A stretch of 64,000 nt of DNA from an uncultured virus (IMG/VR IMGVR_UViG_3300029923_000016) (lineage: Duplodnaviria; Heunggongvirae; Uroviricota; Caudoviricetes): IMG/VR virus record IMGVR_UViG_3300029923_000016; one strand, given 5' to 3'. The notes below the pieces were generated by a model. That model searched no databases, was not told the origin of the DNA, and was given only the letters and a program-made list of their open reading frames with translations. Within the stretch, counting starts at the first letter, position 1. The number at the start of each line of letters is the position of its first letter. Shown here piece after piece: positions 46,454-54,501 of the stretch. A program made the position numbers and the translations under genes.

Positions 46454-47617
46454 ATGAGCTTATCAACAGCAGACAGAATAACTAAGCAACATATTTGGCT
46501 GATGGGGCACAAACCCACTATGCATTACTCAGGTATTGTTATGGTGGGCGACGTGGACATATCGGATGCGCTGCCCACGGCGGGCACCAATGGTCGTGAT
46601 GTAACTTATAATCCACAGTTCGTGGACTCTCTCACCGAGCAGCAACTGCGGGGCTTGGTGCTGCACGAGGCAGGGCACAAAGCTTACCAACATCTCTTTT
46701 TATGGCAAGAGCTGTACAAAGAGGATGCCAAGCTGGCGAACATGGCTTGTGATTATGTTATAAATCTTGAAATCTATGACCTTGACCCACGCGGGGTTGA
46801 GATAGCTCTGCCCCCTAACCCCTGCCTGGACGAGAAGTATCGGGGCATGGACACGAAACAGGTGTTTGAATTACTCAAGCAAGACAAAGCCAATGGGGGC
46901 CAAGGCGGCAAGGGCGAGCCGATGGACGACCATCAATGGGAAGACGCCCAAGCCTTGCCTGAAGAAGAGCGCCAAGCCTTGGCCAAGGAGATTGACAATG
47001 CCATACGCCAAGGCGTTTTTATGAGCGGAAAGCTCGGTGGCGATGTCTCCCGTGGCTTCAATGCCTTGCTGGAGCCTAAGGTCGACTGGCGCGACCAGCT
47101 CCGGGACTATGTAAGTACCGTAACAGCCGGTCGTGGGGACAGCACTTGGGCACGCCCTAACCGCCGTTTTATGGCCATGGACTTGTATTTACCCAGCCAA
47201 ATCAGTGAGTCTATTGGCAATATCGTCGTGGGTATCGACACGAGCGGCTCGATATCGGGCGAAGCCATCACTGCGGCGCTGTCTGAATTAGTTGGCATCT
47301 GTAATAACACCACGCCCGAACGAGTTGACCTTTTATATTGGGACACTCGCGTCGTTTCACATGAAACCTATTTCGAGGGCGACTATGAGAGCATTGCAAC
47401 GTCCACGAAACCTGCGGGTGGCGGCGGTTCGAGCTGCGTCGAAGTGTTCGAGTATATCAAAGACAACAAGCTCGACCCGTTAGTGTGTATCCACATTACT
47501 GATGGCTTCATTGAGTACCCGCAACTACCCCCCAACTATCCGGTGCTGTGGGTGATATGCAACGGTAGTGACCACCACCAACCGCCGTTCGGGAGCTTTA
47601 TCAGGGTGAAGCTGTGA
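46454..47617 (+). CDS. Metallopeptidase-like plus vWA (DUF2201-type) protein
   Basis: HEAGH; IDTSGS MIDAS; TDG. Confidence 0.85.
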   Translation: MSLSTADRITKQHIWLMGHKPTMHYSGIVMVGDVDISDALPTAGTNGRDVTYNPQFVDSLTEQQLRGLVLHEAGHKAYQHLFLWQELYKEDAKLANMACDYVINLEIYDLDPRGVEIALPPNPCLDEKYRGMDTKQVFELLKQDKANGGQGGKGEPMDDHQWEDAQALPEEERQALAKEIDNAIRQGVFMSGKLGGDVSRGFNALLEPKVDWRDQLRDYVSTVTAGRGDSTWARPNRRFMAMDLYLPSQISESIGNIVVGIDTSGSISGEAITAALSELVGICNNTTPERVDLLYWDTRVVSHETYFEGDYESIATSTKPAGGGGSSCVEVFEYIKDNKLDPLVCIHITDGFIEYPQLPPNYPVLWVICNGSDHHQPPFGSFIRVKL

Positions 47618-47651
47618 AGGCTTCATCCCCCACTACGTGGGAGACTCAGTC

Positions 47652-47915
47652 ATGAAACACCTGGCCGTGATTTATAATCCTACTATGTATACTTGGTCGA
47701 TGCTGTATTGCTCCCCGCATTACCCCATCGCCAATTCCTTAAGCACAGTAACGGTCAATGCCTATAGTTTACCTGAGCTGGTCGCTGAGAAGGTCGCCAT
47801 GCTCAGGCTGGTTGCGATAGGCGACACCGTGCCGGACATTGGAAAACGGGTGGACGAGCACAAGTTCGCCGTCCATCTTCCTGACGATTATGGGATAAAA
47901 GGGTTGGAGCTATGA
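47652..47915 (+). CDS. Small hypothetical protein, paralogue 1 of 3
   Basis: VAMLRL...GDTVPDIG. Confidence 0.6.
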   Translation: MKHLAVIYNPTMYTWSMLYCSPHYPIANSLSTVTVNAYSLPELVAEKVAMLRLVAIGDTVPDIGKRVDEHKFAVHLPDDYGIKGLEL

Positions 47916-48172
47916 AAAAAGTTTATGTATCACAAGAGTTTGAACCTTTGACGGGTACCCCTTTCCGTAGGGTACAAGTAAGGTCGCCTACTGTATCAGG
48001 CTCAGTAGAAATATCTGTCGATGAACTGTCGTCGGAAATCACTGACCGTATCGCAATGCTTCGTATAGCGCCCGAGGAGGATGAGGTCATCGGAGTCGGC
48101 AGGAATCTGGGCGGTGACTTGTACTTCCTCTACTTCCCCGATGACTTCGACTTGACGAGGTTGCGGCCATGA
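47912..48172 (+). CDS. Small hypothetical protein, paralogue 2 of 3
   Basis: IAMLRI...EDEVIGVG. Confidence 0.6.
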   Translation: MKKVYVSQEFEPLTGTPFRRVQVRSPTVSGSVEISVDELSSEITDRIAMLRIAPEEDEVIGVGRNLGGDLYFLYFPDDFDLTRLRP

Positions 48173-48429
48173 CACTGCGTATCCACGTCAATTCCAAGGG
48201 AGATATCTACAGCTACACACGGCTTGACCTTATCTCCCTTGCGCTGGATGACCCGCTTACACCGTTGGTGATGGGTAATCTAGCGATGTTAAAATTAGCC
48301 GAGGTCGGTGATACGGTGGCCGATATTGGTGTTAAACTAACGCCATCTGTGTTCATTTGCTGCGAACTCTCACCCGGCCATAATCCTACCATTGAGGATA
48401 TTTTGATTTTTATTAAGGCCCTTTCATGA
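48169..48429 (+). CDS. Small hypothetical protein, paralogue 3 of 3
   Basis: LAMLKL...GDTVADIG. Confidence 0.6.
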   Translation: MTLRIHVNSKGDIYSYTRLDLISLALDDPLTPLVMGNLAMLKLAEVGDTVADIGVKLTPSVFICCELSPGHNPTIEDILIFIKALS

Positions 48430-48623
48430 AACCACTTAATTCTGATTTCACCCGCTGCTACGGTGACGGATGCCCTGAGAAGGCCAGCTGCCTGCGCTTT
48501 ATGACGATGAAAATTGACCCGCCTAACACAGTTTTTTCGTATGCACTGTCCCTCAGGCGGCACCCTAACGAGACCTGCGAGAGTAAATTAGATGGCGACG
48601 TATCGGATATCCACCCCTTGTGA
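48426..48623 (+). CDS. Small Cys-rich protein
   Basis: DFTRC.GDGCP.K.SCLRF. Confidence 0.6.
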   Translation: MKPLNSDFTRCYGDGCPEKASCLRFMTMKIDPPNTVFSYALSLRRHPNETCESKLDGDVSDIHPL

Positions 48624-48822
48624 GTCCCTATTCTGCCACTTCGACGAAGCCCGGGGCATCTGCCTCGGCTGCTTCAGAACCCGCTATGACTTACGGCATT
48701 GGACGGGATATAACGATATTTTAAGGCAGAAAGTAATGATGCGTTCTTTTGAGCGCATGGATGATTTCTTTATTGTAAATGAGCAGTTCTTTAATCGAAA
48801 CCTTGACCATTACGACGGGTGA
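48592..48822 (+). CDS. DUF1289-like Cys-rich protein
   Basis: STPC...C.FD...ICLGCFRT..D...W. Confidence 0.65.
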   Translation: MATYRISTPCESLFCHFDEARGICLGCFRTRYDLRHWTGYNDILRQKVMMRSFERMDDFFIVNEQFFNRNLDHYDG

Positions 48823-48831
48823 GGGTATTAT
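48803..48831 (+). promoter_or_regulatory. Sigma70-like promoter for guide array 2
   Basis: TTGACC-17 bp-TATTAT. Confidence 0.75.
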
Positions 48832-48837
48832 ATGAAC

Positions 48838-48935
48838 CCTAAGCGCTGCCTTGCCCTGCTTAGCCTAGCTTAGCGATGCGCTGCAAAGCAAAGACTAATT
48901 AATTAGTGGTCTACACTCTCTGACGAGAGTGTTTT
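48838..48935 (+). ncRNA. Putative non-contiguous guide RNA, array 2: (GCNNW)x10 plus two hairpins
   Basis: Pentamers at 48843-48892; ACTAATTAATTAGT; ACACTCTC-tgac-GAGAGTGT. Confidence 0.8.
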
Positions 48936-48960
48936 CCAGTAACTAATTATAAGGTGTCTT

Positions 48961-49269
48961 ATGTCCTATTTAACGCCCGAAGGGCGAATCAAAAAGCAAA
49001 TCAAAGCTATACTGGCTGAGTATGGGGTATATTATTTCATGCCAGCGCCCGGGTTTACTTGTAAAGTAGGCGTTCCAGACTATATATGCTGCCTTAATGG
49101 GCATTTCATAGCCATCGAAGCCAAGGCCGGGCGCAAGCTGCCGACGCTGCTGCAACAACGTGAACTTGACTTAATCAACGCCGCAGGCGGCGTGGCTTTG
49201 GTGGTTAACGCCGACAACATACACGCTTTTCCCCTCATACTACAAGAGATAATGAAATGCAACTACTAA
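48961..49269 (+). CDS. VRR-NUC domain nuclease
   Basis: TPEG.IK..I...L, GVPDYI, FIAIEAKAG..PT.LQ. Confidence 0.88.
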   Translation: MSYLTPEGRIKKQIKAILAEYGVYYFMPAPGFTCKVGVPDYICCLNGHFIAIEAKAGRKLPTLLQQRELDLINAAGGVALVVNADNIHAFPLILQEIMKCNY

Positions 49270-52055
49270 CTCTGGACGCAGAAACTTTTTATGCAAAAGA
49301 TTATTCCCTAAGTAAGCTGACGACCGAGCAATATATAACAGATGACCGCTTCGAGGTTATCGGTGTATCCACCAAGATTAACAACGAGCCCGCACAATGG
49401 TTCTCCGGAACATTTGATGAGACGAAAGCATACCTAAACCAATTTGATTGGGATGATATTGCATTAGTAAACCACAATAGTCTATTCGACTCAAGCATCC
49501 TTGGCCTGCGCTTCGGTATCCACCCTAAGAAGCTCATCGACACGCTAAGTATGTCAAGAGCAATCCATGGCATCGAGGTCGGGGGCAGTCTGGCCAAGCT
49601 GGCTGAGCATTACCAGCTGGGTGTCAAGGGCACTGAGGTCATCAATGCCTTGGGTAAACGTAAACAAGACTTTACTACTGAAGAACTAGCGCGCTATGGT
49701 GAGTACTGCAAGAACGACACCGAGCTAACGTACAAATTGTTTTACAAACTACTGCCGCACTTTACTAAATCTGAATTAGACATTATTGATATCACCCTGA
49801 AGATGGCCACACGACCGTTGTTGGAATTGGATAAAGCCGTGCTGACCGCACACCTTGCCGACGTGCAAGCTAAAAAACAAGCGCTCATGGACAAGGTCAT
49901 TGTCTCTCGAAAAGAGCTGATGTCCAACGTCAAATTGGCGCAACTGCTGATAGACTGTGGCGTGGAGCCGCCAATGAAGCTGTCGCCGACTACCGGTAAG
50001 CCGGCCTATGCGTTCGCTAAAACAGACGAGGGCTTCAAAGCATTACTTGACTCTGATAACCTTATGGTACAAACTATTGTTGCTGCTCGGTTGGGTGTTA
50101 AATCAACGCTTGAAGAAACGCGATGTGAAAGGGTTATTGGCATTGCAGAAAGGAACAGGTGTTGTCCTTTCCCGCTGAAGTATTACAGTGCCGCGACAGG
50201 GCGCTGGGCGGGGGCAGATAAAATCAATGTCCAGAATTTCCCGCGTAAGTCGCCGTTAAAGCGAGCGTTCAAGGCCCCCGAGGGTTATGTTATTCTGGGC
50301 GCGGACTTAAAACAAATCGAACTGCGCGTGGGCCTCTGGCTGTCGTCGGAGTGGGAGAAACTGGATATCCTGGCAGGCGGGCTGGACTTGTATAAAGTCT
50401 TCGCCTCAGAGGTACTGGGTGTTGCCTATGATGAGGTCACAGAAGACCAGCGCTTTATTGCCAAGACCTCCTGTATCGCAGAAGGACAGCTTGTCCTTAC
50501 CCCAAGGGGTTTAGTGCCTATAGAAAACATTTTGGTAGACGATAGAGTATGGGATGGGGTAGAATGGGTCTCACATGATGGGGTCATTTACCAAGGGGAG
50601 AGAGATGTCATCACATACCAAGGACTTACAGCCACTACCGACCATATTATATTTACGCAAACTGGTGAGACCCGCCAGTTCGGGGATGCCGCCAATTTAT
50701 CAGCGCGTCTCGCTACTACCGGAGATGATAGGCGCCCGCTTAAATTCATGGGAGATAATCAGTACCGAGATACAACAAACAGTGAAATCGGGGAGCATAA
50801 AGATACATGTGCGCTGCGTTTGTGGCAGAGAGCAGTGGGCGTATGTAGAGGCCATTATCAGAGGGCAGTCCAGACGATGCAAGCCTTGTGCAACACGAAC
50901 TCGGCACCAAAGGCAAGGTCATCTGATTGTCTGGGACAAGGTTACGGAGCTTATACAAAAACGGGCAACAGCTATGCAACAAAGATGCTGCAATCCTATG
51001 GACAAAGGCTACGCCAATTACGGAGGACGAGGGATTCAGTTTTTGTTTGGCTCAACGAAAGAGTGTGTAGAGTATATCAAAACGTTGCCTCTCTGGGATT
51101 CCGGGTTGGAGGTGGACCGAATCGACAACAATGGACACTATGCAGTAGGGAACTTGCGTATGGTGTCCCGCAAGGTACAGACCAGCAATCGTCGAAATAC
51201 GATGTGGATTTCGTGGCGAGAGGAAATGCTTCTGGTAGCGGACTGGGCAGAATCCCCTTACGCACTGAGAGTAACCTGCAAGTATGTTCAGCAGGGTTTA
51301 ACGGGGGAACAAATTATCCAGACCGCATGGGACTCAGTGGCGAAGAAATGCAAGAATTGGCGGGGGATAAAAAGAAAGTTAGAGTCTATGACATATTAAA
51401 CGCCGGCCCTAGGCATCGCTTCACGGTGTCTAACGTGTTAGTCCATAACTGTCTGTCATTGGTTTTTGGGGTGGGCGCGGCGAAGCTGCAAGCGGCTATT
51501 CTCTCGGGTATAGGTTTGGATGTGGGCATCGTCGAAAGTAAACGGATAGTGGAATTTTACCGAGACAACCACCCCGGTGTGAGAGCAGCATGGTCGGCGT
51601 GTGGTAACGCTATTAAGTTATTAACCACAGGCGGTGAGGGGATGATACTAACCGATAATTTAATCAAGGTCGAAGGGCGCAAGGGTATCCGGCTACCGTC
51701 AGGACTGTATTTAAAATACCCTGAGCTACAGTATTCTGAAGATGCGCAGACCCGGAAGCGGGAATATAAATACAAAATTAGAAGCAGTTGGGATAGATTG
51801 TACAGCGGTAAGTGTTTTAACAATATTACTCAGGCAACTGCACGCTGTATCTTTGCTGAGGCGCTACCCAAAATCAATAAGCATTACCCTATTGTATTAT
51901 TGATTCACGACGCCGCCTATGTCCTGGTGCCGGAGGGGGGTGTAGAGGAGGCGAAGCAGATTTTAGAAGAAATCATGTGCCAGCCGCCGGACTGGATGCC
52001 GGATATTCCCTTGGAGGTTGAGTTTCATTATGGCCGAACTCTTTTCGATTGTTAG
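49257..52055 (+). CDS. Family A DNA polymerase with intein
   Basis: LTLDAET exonuclease motif, TGRW, ADLKQIELR (motif A), RFIAKTS/CLSLVFG (motif B, split by intein), IHD (motif C). Confidence 0.92.
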   Translation: MQLLTLDAETFYAKDYSLSKLTTEQYITDDRFEVIGVSTKINNEPAQWFSGTFDETKAYLNQFDWDDIALVNHNSLFDSSILGLRFGIHPKKLIDTLSMSRAIHGIEVGGSLAKLAEHYQLGVKGTEVINALGKRKQDFTTEELARYGEYCKNDTELTYKLFYKLLPHFTKSELDIIDITLKMATRPLLELDKAVLTAHLADVQAKKQALMDKVIVSRKELMSNVKLAQLLIDCGVEPPMKLSPTTGKPAYAFAKTDEGFKALLDSDNLMVQTIVAARLGVKSTLEETRCERVIGIAERNRCCPFPLKYYSAATGRWAGADKINVQNFPRKSPLKRAFKAPEGYVILGADLKQIELRVGLWLSSEWEKLDILAGGLDLYKVFASEVLGVAYDEVTEDQRFIAKTSCIAEGQLVLTPRGLVPIENILVDDRVWDGVEWVSHDGVIYQGERDVITYQGLTATTDHIIFTQTGETRQFGDAANLSARLATTGDDRRPLKFMGDNQYRDTTNSEIGEHKDTCALRLWQRAVGVCRGHYQRAVQTMQALCNTNSAPKARSSDCLGQGYGAYTKTGNSYATKMLQSYGQRLRQLRRTRDSVFVWLNERVCRVYQNVASLGFRVGGGPNRQQWTLCSRELAYGVPQGTDQQSSKYDVDFVARGNASGSGLGRIPLRTESNLQVCSAGFNGGTNYPDRMGLSGEEMQELAGDKKKVRVYDILNAGPRHRFTVSNVLVHNCLSLVFGVGAAKLQAAILSGIGLDVGIVESKRIVEFYRDNHPGVRAAWSACGNAIKLLTTGGEGMILTDNLIKVEGRKGIRLPSGLYLKYPELQYSEDAQTRKREYKYKIRSSWDRLYSGKCFNNITQATARCIFAEALPKINKHYPIVLLIHDAAYVLVPEGGVEEAKQILEEIMCQPPDWMPDIPLEVEFHYGRTLFDC
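50472..51449 (+). mobile_element. Intein in DNA polymerase motif B (326 aa, C1...HN|C+1)
   Basis: CIAEGQLVLT (block A), TATTDH (block B), VYDI...F..SNVLVHN (blocks F/G). Confidence 0.9.
50686..51399 (+). CDS. HNH-type homing endonuclease overprinted in the +1 frame of the polymerase intein (frame open from 50575)
   Basis: RCVCG, C..C, MQQRC.NP...YANYGGRGI, EVDRIDNNGHY.VGNLR.V....Q..NRR. Confidence 0.85.
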   Translation: MPPIYQRVSLLPEMIGARLNSWEIISTEIQQTVKSGSIKIHVRCVCGREQWAYVEAIIRGQSRRCKPCATRTRHQRQGHLIVWDKVTELIQKRATAMQQRCCNPMDKGYANYGGRGIQFLFGSTKECVEYIKTLPLWDSGLEVDRIDNNGHYAVGNLRMVSRKVQTSNRRNTMWISWREEMLLVADWAESPYALRVTCKYVQQGLTGEQIIQTAWDSVAKKCKNWRGIKRKLESMTY

Positions 52056-52174
52056 GCAGTGTCTGTATTGTTGGCTACACGGCTTTGGCATGAAAACTGG
52101 AGCGGAGATTTGGCTTAGACGCCAAGGCATCCGCGAAAATTCTAACTATCATTTAGGCTCACAGAGGCGACCAC

Positions 52175-52381
52175 GTGAATGAAATAGAGATTAGTTTTCA
52201 CAGTATTGAGTTAAGTATTTTTTATAATATCGACCCCAAGATTGGCTTGAATATTTTGTATATCTACCATTTCGATGAGGAAATCTCCTGTTATCTTAAT
52301 TTCTACGCGGTTTCGGAAATCAAACAGGCGATTTGGGAGCATCTCGATTCTCCTGATACTCTTTCAATAGCAAATCAATGA
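52175..52381 (+). CDS. Hypothetical AT-rich protein
   Basis: GAGG RBS, GTG start. Confidence 0.45.
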   Translation: MNEIEISFHSIELSIFYNIDPKIGLNILYIYHFDEEISCYLNFYAVSEIKQAIWEHLDSPDTLSIANQ

Positions 52382-52483
52382 GTTGTGTTAGGGGGAGTCC
52401 CAAATCTAATGATAGCTGCTTAAGGTTTTTGTGTGTCTGAACCTTAACCAGCAGAGAAACATATTTTTTATTCATATATAAGG

Positions 52484-52511
52484 TTGCGTATTAAATTAGG
52501 GGGTGTATAAT
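52484..52511 (+). promoter_or_regulatory. Sigma70-like promoter for the tandem guide locus (arrays 3-5)
   Basis: TTGCGT-16 bp-TATAAT with AT-rich upstream sequence. Confidence 0.6.
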
Positions 52512-52551
52512 ATTATATATGAAATTTATAGAGGGGGTTAATTTATGTGAG

Positions 52552-52691
52552 TCAAAGCTATGCAATGCTTAGCCGTGCACTGCGATGCTGAGCGATGCCG
52601 TGCCTAGCTATGCTCTGCGGAGCAATGCAAAGCCTAATTAATTAGGGTACTGAGTCTTCTCACGAGGGCTTAGTGCGGTAATTAATTTACC
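52552..52691 (+). ncRNA. Putative guide array 3: (GCNNW)x15 plus three hairpins
   Basis: Pentamers at 52557-52631; CCTAATTAATTAGG; 13-bp G-U-rich stem at 52647-52676; GGTAA..TTACC. Confidence 0.85.
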
Positions 52692-52798
52692 AAAGCGCTG
52701 CTGTGCCTTGCTATGCGAAGCCATGCGGAGCAATGCAAAGGCTATTTTAATAATAGCGTACTAGCCATTCCAACGAGTGGTTAGTGCGGTATTGTACC
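52692..52798 (+). ncRNA. Putative guide array 4: (GCNNW)x9 plus three hairpins
   Basis: Pentamers at 52695-52739; GCTATT..AATAGC; 13-bp stem at 52758-52787; GGTA..TACC. Confidence 0.85.
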
Positions 52799-52878
52799 AC
52801 TGCGATGCAGTGCGATGCCTTGCAGTGCCAAGCTTAGCATAGCACAGCGAAGCAAAGGCCGTGCCTTTTAGGCACGGC
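52799..52878 (+). ncRNA. Putative guide array 5: (GCNNW)x11 plus hairpin
   Basis: Pentamers at 52802-52856; GCCGTGCCT-ttt-AGGCACGGC. Confidence 0.82.
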
Positions 52879-52900
52879 ACCCTATTTTTAGGAGAATCAA

Positions 52901-53590
52901 ATGTCAAAAATGTTGCCGTGGAGTTATTCGGGGCTAAGCCAATTTCAAGTATGCCCGTTGCAATTCTACGAGCATCGCGTACGTAAAAGCGTACCGTTCA
53001 TAGAGACCGATGCGATTAAGTACGGCAAAGCCCTGCACAGCGCGGCGGAGTTTTACATCAAGTCCAACATGCCCTTGCCTGCCGAGTTTGCGTTCATGCA
53101 GAGCTACCTGGATAAGCTAATAGCGTTGCCGGGCAAAAAATATGTCGAGCTACAGATGGGCATAGCTATCAAAGATTGGGCGTTTGTCCATTGTGATTAC
53201 TGGGATTCAAGCTGCTGGTATCGGGGCGTCAGTGATTTTATTTCCGTTGACCACGATAATGAGAAAGCTTACCTGGTCGATTTTAAGACCGGTAAGAGTG
53301 CAGCCTATGCCGACACCACCCAGTTGGCATTACTGGCGGCGCTTATTTTTCTGCATTTCCCGAAGGTCAAAACGGTCAAAAGCATGCTGTTGTTCGTCAA
53401 GGCTGGACAAATTGTCAAAGCAGAGTATGATTTTGCCAGTCGGTTTACAGTGTTTGCGCATCTGAATCAGGACTTAAAACGCCTGAAAGCGGCGTACGAA
53501 AGTAACGTGTGGAATCCAACGCAGAACAATTTCTGCAAGCGCTGGTGTGCGGTACATACCTGTGTACATAACGGAGAATATAGTGAGTGA
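52901..53590 (+). CDS. Cas4-like PD-(D/E)XK exonuclease
   Basis: WSYS.L..F..CP, G..LH, RGVSD, VDFKTGK, QL, C.RWC....C. Confidence 0.88.
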   Translation: MSKMLPWSYSGLSQFQVCPLQFYEHRVRKSVPFIETDAIKYGKALHSAAEFYIKSNMPLPAEFAFMQSYLDKLIALPGKKYVELQMGIAIKDWAFVHCDYWDSSCWYRGVSDFISVDHDNEKAYLVDFKTGKSAAYADTTQLALLAALIFLHFPKVKTVKSMLLFVKAGQIVKAEYDFASRFTVFAHLNQDLKRLKAAYESNVWNPTQNNFCKRWCAVHTCVHNGEYSE

Positions 53591-53804
53591 GGAAGAGGTA
53601 GCGTACTTAACGCTGGAGCATCTGAAAGCTATCCGCAAGACCGGCGAGCGTACCGCAGAGGACGTGAAAGATATCATACACCGTGTGTCCTCACTTGAGA
53701 GGTCAACGGCATTACTACACCTTGATTTAGCTCAAATCAACTATCGTCTGGATACTTTCGATGGGCGCTTGGGGCATATCGAGAAACGATTGGAGTTAGA
53801 ATGA
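53583..53804 (+). CDS. Coiled-coil hypothetical protein
   Basis: GGAG RBS, GTG start; RLD..DGRL.HIEKRLEL. Confidence 0.6.
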   Translation: MSEEEVAYLTLEHLKAIRKTGERTAEDVKDIIHRVSSLERSTALLHLDLAQINYRLDTFDGRLGHIEKRLELE

Positions 53805-54046
53805 ATGAACTACCCACAAACGGCCCCGGCAAATACGATGATATTTGTACGGTGGCGCGAGAAAGAACCGATGCGCAAGCCGCCATTGTTATTATAATTA
53901 ATGGCGTGTTGGGCAGTGGTTTCTCACTACAGTCGGAACATCCGGATGTAGTAGTCCAACTACCCGATATGCTTGAAACAATGGCTAAAGAAATACGTGA
54001 AATAATTACTGAGGAGAAGGCAGATGCCGTACAAAGACATGAATGA
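53801..54046 (+). CDS. Hypothetical protein
   Basis: GPGKYDD.CT..RE...A...G..GSGFS. Confidence 0.6.
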   Translation: MNELPTNGPGKYDDICTVARERTDAQAAIVIIINGVLGSGFSLQSEHPDVVVQLPDMLETMAKEIREIITEEKADAVQRHE

Positions 54047-54287
54047 CCGCGACCCGTCACACGAGGCCCAGGTCGAAAAGAAAAACCCCAAAGCCGTGGC
54101 CGCACGCAAGAAACGGCAGCAGGCTAGACAATTGTACGATAAACTCGATATCCCTAGAAAAGGTAAGGATATTGACCATATTAAGGGCACCGAAGCCGGC
54201 AACGCCAAGAGCAATCTCAGGCTACAGACGCCGTCACAGAACCGGTCATTCCCACGTAATTCAAATCACACTGCAAAGAGGAAGTAA
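54024..54287 (+). CDS. Small HNH endonuclease
   Basis: GKDIDH...GN.KSNLR......NRS. Confidence 0.8.
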   Translation: MPYKDMNDRDPSHEAQVEKKNPKAVAARKKRQQARQLYDKLDIPRKGKDIDHIKGTEAGNAKSNLRLQTPSQNRSFPRNSNHTAKRK

Positions 54288-54288
54288 C

Positions 54289-54501
54289 ATGCAAATATCA
54301 ACCAAGTCAGTGATATCACTGGCAGAGGAAGCGGGGCTCCCGCCCTCTTTAATCGAGCGCCACACCGATGCTTTAACGCATTTTGCACTCCGCCTGCGCA
54401 TGGCAGAACGGCGCGTTTGTCGTAATAAGCTGCGCAACTGGACCATAGACAAGTCCCTGAGCAAGCCGCCGCTACTTGAGGCGCTGACGGAGCATGATTG
54501 A
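54289..54501 (+). CDS. Hypothetical protein
   Basis: GAGGA RBS, MQISTKSV. Confidence 0.55.
   Translation: MQISTKSVISLAEEAGLPPSLIERHTDALTHFALRLRMAERRVCRNKLRNWTIDKSLSKPPLLEALTEHD

Noticed and set aside
52557..52900. CRISPR array next to a cas4-like gene
   Set aside because: There is no constant repeat with unique spacers and no other cas genes; the Cas4-like nuclease is a common phage replication gene.
52925..52954. Array 5 matching LSQF in the Cas4-like gene
   Set aside because: Only four dinucleotides match, and the conserved Tyr and Cys positions are incompatible.
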